From contig JAHEDG010000005.1 in NCBI GenBank assembly GCA_024641335.1, positions 27,779-91,778 of the forward strand: a stretch of 64,000 nt of DNA. The letters are read 5' to 3'. The number at the start of each line of letters is the position of its first letter. The first letter of the stretch is position 1. The notes under the pieces were generated by a model that was not told where the DNA came from, did not search any database, and worked only from the letters and a program-made list of their open reading frames with translations. The position numbers and the translations under genes were made by a program. Of the stretch, positions 1-10,287 are shown piece by piece. Source of the DNA: Candidatus Zixiibacteriota bacterium (GTDB taxonomy: Bacteria > Zixibacteria > MSB-5A5 > UBA10806).

Positions 1-313
1 CTTCTAACTCTTCTCTTATCTCCCGAAGCATAGCCTTGACTCTGGCCGCTGCCGGGTCGACACCGTTGCCGTTGCCATCTCGTTTGAGAAGATTACGGGC
101 CCCTTCGATTGTGTACCCCTCATCATGGAGGAGCCGTTTTACCTGCATGACCTTCTGAATATCCTTAGGCTGATAGATCCTGTTACCGGCCCTGTTCTTT
201 TTGGGTCTCAAATGACCGAATTCCTTCTCCCAGAAACGCAGAACATAAGGCTCCACGCCGACCATTCCGGCCACCTCCGAGATGGAATAATACATTTTGC
301 CCTGAAATTCCTT
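1..313 (-). CDS. MerR-family transcriptional regulator; the C-terminus runs off the window start (partial)
   Basis: Minus-strand translation from the ATG at 313-311 gives MAKEFQGKMYYSISEVAGMVGVEPYVLRFWEKEFGHLRPKKNRAGNRIYQPKDIQKVMQVKRLL..., a typical MerR N-terminal HTH. It is missing from the ORF track because it is open at the window edge. Confidence 0.6.
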
Positions 314-320
314 GGCCATC

Positions 321-1547
321 CTAGCCTTTACCTTTCGGCTTTTTGAGAATATCGGGGTCAATCCTGGTCACCCTGGACTGCAGACCTCCGTCATACAGAA
401 TAATATCGATTTTATCGTCGATTGCAACCTGTTTGAAGCTTTTTACCGTATTTCCTTTTTCGTCGCGGCAATAGGAATACCCCCGTTTCATGATACCTCC
501 GGGAGAAACCATTTCGAGTTTCTCAAAAATCGAATCAGATTCGCGCCTGAACGATTTCATTCCGTGGGAAAGATGGATATTCAACAGGCGGGACGTTTCA
601 TCCAGCCCCTGGGCCCGCTGGACAATAATCTCCAATGGCTTGCGTAATCCGTAACGCCCCTTAACCTCTGTAAGACGGCCGCTTAACCTCTCTATTCTAT
701 CGAATACCGATTCGCTCAGCGAGACAAAATTCTGATTTAACCGAGCAAGCAGCTCGACGCCATCCGGCACAGCTATTTCGGCGGCGGCTGACGGGGTCGG
801 AGCGCGCAGATCAGCGACGAAATCGGATATGGTGAAATCTATCTCATGCCCTACCGCCGATATCACCGGGAGCTTCGAGGCGTACACCGCCCTGGCGACT
901 ATCTCCTCATTGAACGCCCAAAGATCCTCGAGCGATCCTCCGCCCCGACCTATGATAATAAAATCGACCAGATCCAGTTCATTAAATCGGTTTATCGCGT
1001 GAGCGATCCTCTCGGCGGCTCCTTCTCCCTGTACAGGTACCGGCCAGAGAATGATCTCCACCCATGGGGCACGTCTGCGAGTGATATTCAATATATCGCG
1101 GATAGCCGCGCCTGTGGGGGATGTCACCACTCCGATTTTGGCGGGAAAACGTGGGATCGGTCTCTTTCGCTCCTGATTAAACAACCCCTCTTCGGCTAAT
1201 TTTCGCTTCAACTCCTGGAAAGCCAGTTCCAGTTCGCCTATTCCGGCCGGTTGTATGGAGGTAACAACCAGCTGATACTGCCCCGATTTTTCATAGACTG
1301 TTATCTGCCCCGATCCCCTGATCTTCATACCGTCCCGCGGCTCGAAGAAAAGATGCTGGCCGGTCCAGCGCCACATAACGCAGCGGATCTGAGCCCCCTG
1401 GTCCTTCAATGTGAAATACCGATGCCCCGATGAATGATGAATATAATTGGAGATCTCCCCCTCGACCCAGATCTTCGGGAATGATCCTTCGAGAAGAGCC
1501 TTGAGTTCCTTTGTTATCTCCGAGATTGTATAAATCTTATCGGGCAT
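321..1547 (-). CDS. xseA: exodeoxyribonuclease VII large subunit
   Basis: 408 aa. An N-terminal OB-fold segment (ISEITKELKALLEGSFPKIWVEGEISN) is followed by the ExoVII catalytic region, the usual XseA architecture. Confidence 0.9.
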   Translation of the reverse strand: MPDKIYTISEITKELKALLEGSFPKIWVEGEISNYIHHSSGHRYFTLKDQGAQIRCVMWRWTGQHLFFEPRDGMKIRGSGQITVYEKSGQYQLVVTSIQPAGIGELELAFQELKRKLAEEGLFNQERKRPIPRFPAKIGVVTSPTGAAIRDILNITRRRAPWVEIILWPVPVQGEGAAERIAHAINRFNELDLVDFIIIGRGGGSLEDLWAFNEEIVARAVYASKLPVISAVGHEIDFTISDFVADLRAPTPSAAAEIAVPDGVELLARLNQNFVSLSESVFDRIERLSGRLTEVKGRYGLRKPLEIIVQRAQGLDETSRLLNIHLSHGMKSFRRESDSIFEKLEMVSPGGIMKRGYSYCRDEKGNTVKSFKQVAIDDKIDIILYDGGLQSRVTRIDPDILKKPKGKG

Positions 1548-1551
1548 AAAA

Positions 1552-2439
1552 TCAGCTGATACCCCGCCTTATCCGGCAGGCTTTGACTGTGTTCTTCAAA
1601 AGAGCGGCGATAGTCATCGGGCCAACTCCACCAGGGACCGGAGTAATGGCTCCGGCAACCTCTTTGACCGAATCGAAATCAACGTCGCCGACAACCCTTT
1701 TCCCTTTCGGATGGGTCGGATCATCGATCTGATTGGTGCCGACATCGACTACAACCGCTCCGGGCTTGATCATATCTCCGGTGAGAAAACGTGCTTTGCC
1801 CATGGCGGCAACGATTATATCGGCCCGCCTGGTATGCGCGGCTATATTTTTGGTGCCAGTATGGCAAACAGTCACCGTAGCGTTAGCTATATTTGATTTG
1901 ACCGAAAGCATGACGGCCAGCGGCCTGCCGACCAAAAGACCCCGTCCCAAAACCACTACTTCCTTGCCTGACGGATTATTGCCTGAGCGGTCTAGAAGCT
2001 CCAGAATACCTAACGGTGTAGCCGGTTCGAAAACCGGTCGTCCGGCTAGTACCAGGCCCTGATTCACCGGATGAAAGCCGTCAACATCCTTTCCCGGATC
2101 TATACGAAATGTTACAGCCGGTTCATCTATCTGACCGGGCAGCGGCGATTGCACCAAGATGCCGTCGATATCATCTCTGTTGTTTAAATCATCAACCAGA
2201 TCGATCATCCGGGCGTGAGTGAAATTATTATCTTTGATTATTACATCTGAAAAAATACCCACCTGCTGGCAGGCCCTGGCTTTCATTTTGACATACAGAG
2301 CAGATGCCGGGTTGCTTCCCACCAATACCGCGGCCAGGCCCGGAACAATCCCTTTGCTTTTCAGTTGATCGATCTCTGCTTTCAGCTCCGCCTTAATCTC
2401 GTCGGAGATCTTTTTGCCGTCGATAATTACCGCGCCCAT
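1552..2439 (-). CDS. folD: bifunctional methylenetetrahydrofolate dehydrogenase/cyclohydrolase
   Basis: 295 aa carrying the conserved FolD motifs GSNPASALYVKMK and VIGRSNIVGRP-like. Confidence 0.9.
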   Translation of the reverse strand: MGAVIIDGKKISDEIKAELKAEIDQLKSKGIVPGLAAVLVGSNPASALYVKMKARACQQVGIFSDVIIKDNNFTHARMIDLVDDLNNRDDIDGILVQSPLPGQIDEPAVTFRIDPGKDVDGFHPVNQGLVLAGRPVFEPATPLGILELLDRSGNNPSGKEVVVLGRGLLVGRPLAVMLSVKSNIANATVTVCHTGTKNIAAHTRRADIIVAAMGKARFLTGDMIKPGAVVVDVGTNQIDDPTHPKGKRVVGDVDFDSVKEVAGAITPVPGGVGPMTIAALLKNTVKACRIRRGIS

Positions 2440-2444
2440 CGGGA

Positions 2445-3260
2445 TCAGCGCCTGTTTCTTGTATATTGATCCTCAACCATCATAGGCCGGAAAATCCGCT
2501 CGATGGAATTTGCCTTTCCGGTTTCAGGATCGATATCGATGACTACGGCTGCCAGACGGATATCATTTTTGGCTACCGTAAACCTGTTGGGCAGGCCGGT
2601 AATCATCCGGTAGAGAGCGTCCTCAACCTCGATCCCGATGACCGAATCGTATGGTCCGGTCATTCCAACGTCGGTTATGAAAGCCGTGCCCCCTGGAAGA
2701 ATTCTCTCGTCGACCGTCTGGACATGGGTATGAGTTCCGACTACAGCCGATACCCTGCCGTCGAGGTATCGTCCCAGGCCCTGTTTTTCAGACGTGGCCT
2801 CGGCATGGAAATCGATAAAAATAACATCGGCCTGATCGCCTATCTCTTCCACAATCCTGTCGGCGGTTTTATAGGGGCAATCGATATTCCACATGAAAAT
2901 CCGCCCCTGCATATTTATCACCGCGACTTTAACCCCGTCTCTGCTTTTATAAATATTGTAACCCAATCCGGGAGCGCCCGACGGGTAGTTGGCCGGCCGA
3001 AGCAGACGGGGCTCGACTTCGAAAAACGAATAGATCTCTTTTTTATCCCAGATATGATTCCCGGTGGTCTGACAATCGACCCCCAAATCAAAAATCGATT
3101 GAGATATCTCTTTGGTCAGGCCGAAACCGGCCGCGGCGTTCTCGGTGTTGACTATAATAAAATCATACCGGATATTATTCTCTTTGCATTCGGCCAAATA
3201 ATGCTCCAGGCAGTCTCTCCCCGGCTTGGCATTGATATCGCCGACAAACAGTAATTTCAC
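2445..3260 (-). CDS. ymdB: TIGR00282-family metallophosphoesterase (YmdB-like 2',3'-cyclic-nucleotide phosphodiesterase), GTG start
   Basis: 271 aa with MKLLFVGDI...GRDCL...NTENAAAGFG...GNHIWDKKE motifs. It sits immediately downstream of rny, as in Bacillus. Confidence 0.8.
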   Translation of the reverse strand: MKLLFVGDINAKPGRDCLEHYLAECKENNIRYDFIIVNTENAAAGFGLTKEISQSIFDLGVDCQTTGNHIWDKKEIYSFFEVEPRLLRPANYPSGAPGLGYNIYKSRDGVKVAVINMQGRIFMWNIDCPYKTADRIVEEIGDQADVIFIDFHAEATSEKQGLGRYLDGRVSAVVGTHTHVQTVDERILPGGTAFITDVGMTGPYDSVIGIEVEDALYRMITGLPNRFTVAKNDIRLAAVVIDIDPETGKANSIERIFRPMMVEDQYTRNRR

Positions 3261-3404
3261 TTTGCCCCCCCGGCAAACAACTCCTTGAAAGATCCATTCA
3301 GCTTAAAAGAAAAGGGTGTTCCGGGAAGAAAAATAAAAATACAGTCCGACCTGGACATGCCCGAAACAACGAAATTTTCTGGGCTGCAAAATTCCGCGAT
3401 TCGG

Positions 3405-4964
3405 TTATCTGGCATAATCAACCGACCTGACTTCTCTGATCACTGTTACTTTGATAGTGCCGGGATATTCCATTTCCGATTCGATTCTTCTGGCGATATC
3501 GCTGGCCAGGGTGGCGGTACCGACATCATCCAGCTGTCCGGATTCTACAATAACTCGAATCTCGCGGCCTGCCTGTATGGCATACGCTTTTCCAACGCCT
3601 TTGAAACCGTCGGCCATCTCCTCGAGCTTCTCAAGCCTCTTGATATACCCTTCGAGCGTTTCCCGCCGGGCGCCCGGCCTTGCTCCGGAGATAGCGTCGG
3701 CCGCCTGCACCAAAACCGCGAACGGTGTCTCCATAGGCACATCCTCGTGATGGCTGGCTATAGCATTAAGGACGATATTGTTCTCATTGAACTTGGAGAC
3801 AAAATCGACACCTAATTCCGTATGGGTTCCCTCGGTTTCGCGATCTATCGCTTTGCCGATATCATGAAGCAATCCGGCTCTCTTGGCCATATTGCCGTCA
3901 AGATCGAGTTCGGCGGCCATGATACCGCAAATGGTGGAAACCTCTTTGGAATGCTGAAGCACATTCTGTCCGTAGCTGGTTCTGAAATGCAATTTCCCCA
4001 GCAATCTTACTATTTCGGGATGAACGCCGTGCACGCCCACGTCAAAACAAGCCTGTTCACCGTTCTCCCTGATTATTACTTCCATCTCTTTTTCTGCCTT
4101 ACCGACCACCTCTTCGATCCTGGAAGGATGAATGCGGCCGTCCACAATCAGCTTCTCGAGGGCCATTCTGGCGACTTCCCTGCGAATCGGATCATAGCCC
4201 GAGAGAATAACCGCTTCAGGGGTGTCATCGACTATCACGTCGATACCCGTAGCGGTCTCGAACGCCCTGATATTCCTTCCCTCTCGACCGATGATTCTGC
4301 CCTTCATTTCGTCTGATGGCAAAGTAACCACCGAGACACATGATTCGGCTGCATGATCCGCGGCGCACCGTTGAATAGCCTGAATGATGATATTCTTGGC
4401 TTCCTTTTCAGCGTTTCGTTCCGCTTCGTCCTTGATTTCCTTGATCATGGCAGCCGCTTCCCGACGGGCCTCGGCCTCGAGATTGGATATCAGCAGTTTT
4501 TTGGCTTCCTCAGAAGTCATTCCGGCGATTTTTTCGAGCTTGATATTCTGCTCGTTGACCAGGCTGTCGAGATCTTTTTCCTTGGTCTCGATTGCTTTTT
4601 CCTTAATCATCAAAGCCTTATCGCGCGACGAGACTTCCTTCTCTTTTTTATCGAGAATATCTACCTTGCGGTTTAAATTCCCTTCCTTGGTAGACAGCAC
4701 CTGCTCGAGCTTGGTAATCTCGAGTCTTTTGGCCTGAGTGTCTTTTTCGAATTTCTGTTTGGCCTTGAACCACTCATCCTTGGCTTCAAGCAAGGCCTCT
4801 TTTTTCTTGATTTCCGCCGATTTCTCGGCTTCGGCGATGATTTTGGCGGCGAAGGCCTCGGCTTTCGTAACCCTTCCCTCTCCCGCTTTACGGGAGATTA
4901 AAAGGCCGATAGTCAAAGCCAATACAAATATTCCGGCCCCAATCACGTAGTAAATCGGTTCCAT
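3405..4964 (-). CDS. rny: ribonuclease Y
   Basis: 519 aa with an N-terminal TM helix, a coiled-coil, a KH domain and an HD domain (LLHDIGKA). A GGAGG SD lies upstream. Confidence 0.9.
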   Translation of the reverse strand: MEPIYYVIGAGIFVLALTIGLLISRKAGEGRVTKAEAFAAKIIAEAEKSAEIKKKEALLEAKDEWFKAKQKFEKDTQAKRLEITKLEQVLSTKEGNLNRKVDILDKKEKEVSSRDKALMIKEKAIETKEKDLDSLVNEQNIKLEKIAGMTSEEAKKLLISNLEAEARREAAAMIKEIKDEAERNAEKEAKNIIIQAIQRCAADHAAESCVSVVTLPSDEMKGRIIGREGRNIRAFETATGIDVIVDDTPEAVILSGYDPIRREVARMALEKLIVDGRIHPSRIEEVVGKAEKEMEVIIRENGEQACFDVGVHGVHPEIVRLLGKLHFRTSYGQNVLQHSKEVSTICGIMAAELDLDGNMAKRAGLLHDIGKAIDRETEGTHTELGVDFVSKFNENNIVLNAIASHHEDVPMETPFAVLVQAADAISGARPGARRETLEGYIKRLEKLEEMADGFKGVGKAYAIQAGREIRVIVESGQLDDVGTATLASDIARRIESEMEYPGTIKVTVIREVRSVDYAR

Positions 4965-4998
4965 AGTTCCTCCATCAGGGGCGGACGCTTATATCAAA

Positions 4999-5277
4999 TT
5001 ACAAAATTTCGGAGAGTTTTCGAGTAAGCTCACCAATCCTGTCGTTTGTCTCTATTCCGCCGGTAGAATCCGATCGGGTTTGAAACAACTCGCCGGTGAT
5101 ATTCAGAGCCGCCAATACCGCGATCTTGGCTTCCGGGATGCCAGGGTAGCTTCCCGCTACCTCTCTCATCCTGGTATCAAGATATTCCGCAGCCCTTTTT
5201 ATATTCTCCGGATCGACATCGGAAACAATAGAATAATCTCTCCCGAAAATCGAAACCGTTACTCTAACTTTCTCCAT
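4999..5277 (-). CDS. zapA: cell division protein ZapA
   Basis: 92 aa; VTVSIFGRDYSIVSD...KIAVLAALNI matches the ZapA pattern. Confidence 0.75.
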   Translation of the reverse strand: MEKVRVTVSIFGRDYSIVSDVDPENIKRAAEYLDTRMREVAGSYPGIPEAKIAVLAALNITGELFQTRSDSTGGIETNDRIGELTRKLSEIL

Positions 5278-5295
5278 TACAGCGCCCGCTATATA

Positions 5296-5577
5296 TTAAG
5301 TCCAGCTGTCCTCCAAAGCGGCCAGTTTTCCAGCCAGTTTCAAAAGCCGCTTTTTTATCTCGCGGCCGTCAAAACCAGGGGGAGGATTATTCTCAACTGC
5401 TGCCGAAATCGAAGGCTCTTTCCTGTGCCTGTCGAACTCCGCACGCAAATCCCCCAACTGTCTGCCCAGAGACTCGTTCATCCTCTCCAGTTTAAGTTTA
5501 TCTTCTCTCAAACAGGCGATCACTTCTATCGCCTTGTTTATTTTATCCTCCAATTCGATTAAACTCCTATTATCCAT
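5296..5577 (-). CDS. ZapB-like coiled-coil cell division protein
   Basis: 93 aa, coiled-coil. LEDKINKAIEVIACLREDKLKLERMNESL parallels ZapB [29 protein letters not shown]. Confidence 0.45.
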   Translation of the reverse strand: MDNRSLIELEDKINKAIEVIACLREDKLKLERMNESLGRQLGDLRAEFDRHRKEPSISAAVENNPPPGFDGREIKKRLLKLAGKLAALEDSWT

Positions 5578-5583
5578 ACAGGC

Positions 5584-7965
5584 TTAAGCTCTTAACCTGG
5601 CGCTGAATTTAGTTTCCAGCGATCCGGCTATATTATTATGGGCCTGATCGACTTCGCTGTCGGTCAATGTCCTGTCATTCAGACGGTACTTAATGCCATA
5701 GGCCAGACTCTTCATGCCGGCCGGTATATTCTTGCCGCGGTACATATCGAAAAGCCAAACATCCTCGACCAGCCCCCCGCCGTTCTTTATTATCTCGGAG
5801 AGAATATCATCCGATTTTACTTTCTCGTCCACAACAATGGCGATATCTCTGTTGGCCGACGGAAACCTGGCCAATTCGCCGAACTCCGGATTTTCCGGAA
5901 TCAAAGCGGCTAATTTTTCAAAATCGATTTCAGAGATATAAATATCCCCCTTGATATCGGCAATCGAGCAGGCCTTTTCGGAAAGCCCGCCGAGACACCC
6001 GATCCTGTCCTGACCTGAATATACATCAAAAGAGCGGGAATGATCAAACGCGAAATGAGGGGCCGGCGTAAGTTTCGGTTTTTCTATTCCCAGATAATCG
6101 GCAAGATTCTCCAGTATACCTTTTAACGAGAAGATATCGGCGGCCCGCCGGATACCGTCCCAGAATACCGGGCTTTCATGACCGGTCATAGCGATTATCA
6201 GGTTGGTATTCTGCGATGGCAATTCCCCTTTGACGCCCGGTTGATAAACGTCGCCCAATTCGAACATCAGCAGGTCTTTTTCCCGAAAATTGATATTTCT
6301 CCTGATAATCGGCAGCATAGTCAAAATCAGATTTGGCCGCATCACGGCCATTTCCTCCGAAATAGGATTCATCAGTCTTATAGAATTTTTATCGAGATCG
6401 AACTCCCTGATCAGCCTGGAATCCGCCAGAGTGAGAGGGAAAATCTCTGCTCCCCCGTACCCGACAAGATATGATCTGACCCGGTCGGCTATTATCCGCT
6501 GACGATTTTCGGACGCCCCGAGCATTCCACCGGGACGAAAAGAGGGCGGGATATTATCGTAACCGTAAATTCTGGCCAATTCCTCTATCAGATCGATCTC
6601 CCTGACAAGATCAGGGCGGAAACTCGGCTGCTCAACACTGATATTCCCATCCAATTCGGCTTTCATATCCAAACCTTCGAGAATTCGACGCATTTTCTCA
6701 GCGGAAATTTCCGTGCCTAAAAAGCTGTTTGCCCTGGAAGGGCGAAGCTCGATCGTCACCGGTTCGAACGGCCTGAGATGCGCGTCGACTACCCCTTTGA
6801 GAATCCGACCGCCGGCGATTTCACCGATTAATTTGCAGGCACGGTCATTGGCCCGATCAGCCATATTCTGATCGGCTCCCCGCTCGAATCTGCGGGATGA
6901 TTCGGTGGATAGTCCAAGGGCTTTCGAACCCCTCCTGATAACCACCGGGTCGAAGTACGCGGACTCCAGCAGGATATTCGACGTCTTATCGCCAACCTCG
7001 GATCTGGATCCGCCCATAATACCGGCGATAGCCACCCCGGACAAACCGTCGGTGATCAGCAAATGCCCCTTATTCAACGTCCGCCTGGCATCATCCAGAG
7101 TTATAAAAACCTCGCCGTCTGCCGCCCGTCTGACCACGACCTCCGGTTTGCCGAAAAGGTCATAGTCAAATGCATGGAGCGGATGCCCTAATTCCAGCAT
7201 TACATAGTTGGTGATATCAACCGCGTTGTTGATCGGCCTCATTCCGAGATAATATACGGTCATCTTGAGCCAGAGCGGCGACGGCCCGATATTAACGCCG
7301 CGCACAACGCGGCCTGTGTACCTGGGACAGGCAATAGGATCATCTATGGTGATTTTAACTGCGCCGGATGCCAGCTCTGAAATTTCATTCAGTTCCGTAT
7401 TGGGAAAAACCAGGCGGCCGCCGCCCATGGCCTGAATTTCCCTGGCGATACCCAAATGCGAAAGGCAGTCCGGACGGTTGGGGGTGATTTCCAGCTCGAA
7501 AACCGTATCATTATAATCTACGATGGATGCAAGCGGCGTTCCCGGCTTGATATCCCCGGGCAATACCGTTATCTCATCTCCATTGTCGGAAAACCCGAGT
7601 TCGGCTTCCGAGAGAATCATGCCGTTGGATTCGACCCCATGAATAACCGTCTTCTGCAGAGTCATACCGGGGATAGTCGAACCGGTCGGGGCAAAAAGTA
7701 TTATCTGATCCGCGGCCACGTTAGGGGCGCCGCAGACTGCCTGAATCTTGTCCGAACCATTATGAACAGAACATATACTCAGCTTGTCCGACCCTTTGAT
7801 TTTCTCGGCCGAGAGAACTCTGGCGGCCATTATCCCTGTTATATCGCGTCCCTTATGCTCTATAGCTTCGATCTCACTGCCAGACATGGTCAGCTTCTCG
7901 GCCAGTTGATCCACCGGCCAGTCGAAATCGATCATTTTACGCAAAAGGTTGTAGGAGATCTTCAT
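5584..7965 (-). CDS. pheT: phenylalanine--tRNA ligase beta subunit
   Basis: 793 aa with tRNA-binding, B3/B4, B5 and FDX-ACB domain signatures. It is adjacent to pheS. Confidence 0.95.
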   Translation of the reverse strand: MKISYNLLRKMIDFDWPVDQLAEKLTMSGSEIEAIEHKGRDITGIMAARVLSAEKIKGSDKLSICSVHNGSDKIQAVCGAPNVAADQIILFAPTGSTIPGMTLQKTVIHGVESNGMILSEAELGFSDNGDEITVLPGDIKPGTPLASIVDYNDTVFELEITPNRPDCLSHLGIAREIQAMGGGRLVFPNTELNEISELASGAVKITIDDPIACPRYTGRVVRGVNIGPSPLWLKMTVYYLGMRPINNAVDITNYVMLELGHPLHAFDYDLFGKPEVVVRRAADGEVFITLDDARRTLNKGHLLITDGLSGVAIAGIMGGSRSEVGDKTSNILLESAYFDPVVIRRGSKALGLSTESSRRFERGADQNMADRANDRACKLIGEIAGGRILKGVVDAHLRPFEPVTIELRPSRANSFLGTEISAEKMRRILEGLDMKAELDGNISVEQPSFRPDLVREIDLIEELARIYGYDNIPPSFRPGGMLGASENRQRIIADRVRSYLVGYGGAEIFPLTLADSRLIREFDLDKNSIRLMNPISEEMAVMRPNLILTMLPIIRRNINFREKDLLMFELGDVYQPGVKGELPSQNTNLIIAMTGHESPVFWDGIRRAADIFSLKGILENLADYLGIEKPKLTPAPHFAFDHSRSFDVYSGQDRIGCLGGLSEKACSIADIKGDIYISEIDFEKLAALIPENPEFGELARFPSANRDIAIVVDEKVKSDDILSEIIKNGGGLVEDVWLFDMYRGKNIPAGMKSLAYGIKYRLNDRTLTDSEVDQAHNNIAGSLETKFSARLRA

Positions 7966-8982
7966 CTAAAACTGCCTTAAAAACCTGATATCGTTATCGT
8001 AAAGCAATCTGATATCTCCGATCCTGTATCGGAGCATGGTAATTCTATCCACGCCCATACCGAAAGCATAACCGGTGTAGATCTCAGGATCGTACCCGAC
8101 CGCCTTGAAGACTTCCGGATCGACCATGCCGGCTCCGGATATTTCGAGCCAGCCGTTATATTTGCAAACCCGGCAGCCTTTGCCGCCGCACAAAATACAG
8201 GAGAAATCATACTCGGCCGATGGTTCGGTAAAGGGGAAAAAATGAGGTCTGAAACGAACTTTGATCCTGGGGCCGAACAACTCCTTGGCAAAAGTAATAA
8301 TCGCCCCTTTCATATCTCCGAATGTCACGCCGTTATCAACAAACAAACCCTCGCATTGATAGAATACGGGCGAATGAGATGCGTCAAAAGCGTCCGAACG
8401 GTAGCACCGCCCCGGGGCTATCACTCTTACCGGAGGCTTCTTGCTCTGCATAGTCCGGATCTGGACAGTGGAAGTATGGGTCCGCAGCAAAACTCCTTTT
8501 TCAATATAAAAAGTGTCCGAAAGATCCCTGGCCGGATGATCCTCAGGAGTATTCAGAGCGTCAAAATTATAAAAATCGGTTTCGATATCCGGTCCTGAAG
8601 CTACCGAAAAGCCCATTCCCCGAAAAATTCGGACAATTTCGTCAACGGTCTGTAAAAGAGGATGTTTTCGGCCGACCAGTCTTCTTCGGCCCGGCAGAGA
8701 ATAATCGAACGATTGATCGGCGGCGCCGGAGACGGTTAAATCGTTGAGCCTCTTCTCGGCAGAATCAGTCAATTTGGTTTTTAGTTGATTCAGCCGAGCC
8801 CCGACCTGGGGTCTGGTTTCGGGAGCAACCTGCCCCATCCCCTTAGAAATATCAGCCAGCTTGCCTTTTCGCCCCAAATATGAGACCAAGATCGCGTCAA
8901 CCGCGGCCTTATCGGCGGATTGTCCGAGGGCGGTTATCGCTTCCTGCTCTATTTTATCGAGAAATTTTAATATATCGTCCAT
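7966..8982 (-). CDS. pheS: phenylalanine--tRNA ligase alpha subunit
   Basis: 338 aa with class II aaRS motifs (FRPHFFPFTEPSAEYD, GAGMVDPEVF). Confidence 0.95.
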   Translation of the reverse strand: MDDILKFLDKIEQEAITALGQSADKAAVDAILVSYLGRKGKLADISKGMGQVAPETRPQVGARLNQLKTKLTDSAEKRLNDLTVSGAADQSFDYSLPGRRRLVGRKHPLLQTVDEIVRIFRGMGFSVASGPDIETDFYNFDALNTPEDHPARDLSDTFYIEKGVLLRTHTSTVQIRTMQSKKPPVRVIAPGRCYRSDAFDASHSPVFYQCEGLFVDNGVTFGDMKGAIITFAKELFGPRIKVRFRPHFFPFTEPSAEYDFSCILCGGKGCRVCKYNGWLEISGAGMVDPEVFKAVGYDPEIYTGYAFGMGVDRITMLRYRIGDIRLLYDNDIRFLRQF

Positions 8983-8993
8983 AATGGCAAGAC

Positions 8994-9016
8994 GGGCTTT
9001 TGGTTAAAAAGCCCGC
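8994..9016 (-). terminator. stem-loop between rplT and pheS (possible partial terminator or attenuator)
   Basis: Hairpin CGGGCUUUU-ggUU-AAAAGCCCG about 10 nt upstream of the pheS ATG. It has no clean trailing U-tract, and pheS lacks an obvious SD. Confidence 0.3.
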
Positions 9017-9051
9017 CAGAAAATCTATGGGTTAATGCGATCTGTATCGAA

Positions 9052-9402
9052 TCACACGCCCCTGGCCAGCTCTGCCAACCTGGTAAACGCGACAGAATCT
9101 CTGGCGGCGATATCAGCCAGCATTTTCCTGTTTAAAACTACGCCGGCTTTGCCCAAACCGTTGATAAAGGCCGAATATGACATGCCATTCAGCCTGGCGG
9201 CAGCGTTGATTCTAATGATCCATAATCTTCTGAATTCACGTTTTCTGTTACGGCGGTCCCGATAGGCGTAAGTCAGCCCCTTCTGGACTGTCTCCTTCGC
9301 TGTTCTATAAAGATTACCTCTTCCGCCGAAATTACCGCTGGCGGCGTTGAGCACTCTTTTCCGGCGCCTGTGAGCGGTTACGTTATTTGTGGCCCTTGAC
9401 AT
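9052..9402 (-). CDS. rplT: 50S ribosomal protein L20
   Basis: 116 aa; [26 protein letters not shown] is the L20 consensus. Confidence 0.95.
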   Translation of the reverse strand: MSRATNNVTAHRRRKRVLNAASGNFGGRGNLYRTAKETVQKGLTYAYRDRRNRKREFRRLWIIRINAAARLNGMSYSAFINGLGKAGVVLNRKMLADIAARDSVAFTRLAELARGV

Positions 9403-9430
9403 CTTCTACTCCATTGAATTTTAATCAACT

Positions 9431-9625
9431 CTAATAAGGAATCATCCGGCTGACCCTGTCCATATCGGATTTATGAACCAGAGTGGCCTGACGAAGCTTC
9501 CTTTTGCGTTTAGTCGTTTTTTTTGTTAAGATATGACTGGCATTAGGCTTATGTCTCTTAACCTTTCCCGTTCCAGTCTTCTTAAATCTTTTCGCCGCTG
9601 AGCGATTGGTCTTTATTTTAGGCAT
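9431..9625 (-). CDS. rpmI: 50S ribosomal protein L35
   Basis: 64 aa; [26 protein letters not shown]. Confidence 0.95.
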   Translation of the reverse strand: MPKIKTNRSAAKRFKKTGTGKVKRHKPNASHILTKKTTKRKRKLRQATLVHKSDMDRVSRMIPY

Positions 9626-9741
9626 CAGTTCTCCTTTGGAGCGACAATATATCTAAATCAACCTCGTTAGGCAACAAAAAAGTATAACGATTTATTAAAC
9701 AATCTCGTTAATAGCCCGATCCGGTCCGGAACTCCCAGCTC

Positions 9742-10260
9742 CTACTTTTTCTTGGCGTTAAACATCAAGGAAAGACTCCGGCCTTCCATCTTAGACTGAT
9801 TCTCAGGTTCGGCCAGATCAGCCAAATCTACTTTCAGCCGTTCGATGATCTGGTAGCCTCTCTCCTTATGCACCATCTCCCGGCCCCGGAAGATCACGAA
9901 AACCTTTACTTTGGAGCCCTGCTCCAGAAATTCCCGGACATGCTTTAGCTTAAACAGATAATCATGTTCCTCGGTCTTCGGCCTGAATCTCATCTCTTTG
10001 AGGTTCACGGTATGCTGTTTTTTCTTGGCGGCTTTGGTTTTCTTGGATTGCTCGTAGAGATACTTACCGTAATCCATAATCCGGCATACGGGAGGCTTGG
10101 CGCCGGCGGCCACCTCCACCAGATCCAATCCCCTGCTTTCCGCTATTTCGAGAGCTTCCCGAATAGGGACAATACCCAACTGCGAGCCGTCGTCGTCAAT
10201 AAGTCTGACTTCCGGGACCCGTATCCGATTGTTAATTCTCGTGCTAGGTTCGCGAACTAT
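9742..10260 (-). CDS. infC: translation initiation factor IF-3, with a predicted non-AUG (AUA) start
   Basis: The conserved IF3 N-terminus RINNRIRVPEVRLIDDDGSQLGIV is encoded in-frame upstream of the TTG start chosen by the track (10179). The only in-frame start after the thrS stop is ATA at 10258-10260, preceded by a GGAGGTG SD. IF3 classically initiates on AUU/AUA. Confidence 0.8.
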   Translation of the reverse strand: MVREPSTRINNRIRVPEVRLIDDDGSQLGIVPIREALEIAESRGLDLVEVAAGAKPPVCRIMDYGKYLYEQSKKTKAAKKKQHTVNLKEMRFRPKTEEHDYLFKLKHVREFLEQGSKVKVFVIFRGREMVHKERGYQIIERLKVDLADLAEPENQSKMEGRSLSLMFNAKKK

Positions 10261-10287
10261 TACACCACCTCCAGGTAAATTTTCCTG

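Noticed and set aside
312-647. plus-strand ORFs at 125-346 and 312-647
   Set aside because: They overlap the MerR partial gene and xseA on the opposite strand, and the minus-strand genes have clear homology.
2466-3254. 262-aa plus-strand ORF
   Set aside because: It lies entirely antisense to the well-supported ymdB gene, has no recognisable domain and is low-complexity. It is a typical shadow ORF.
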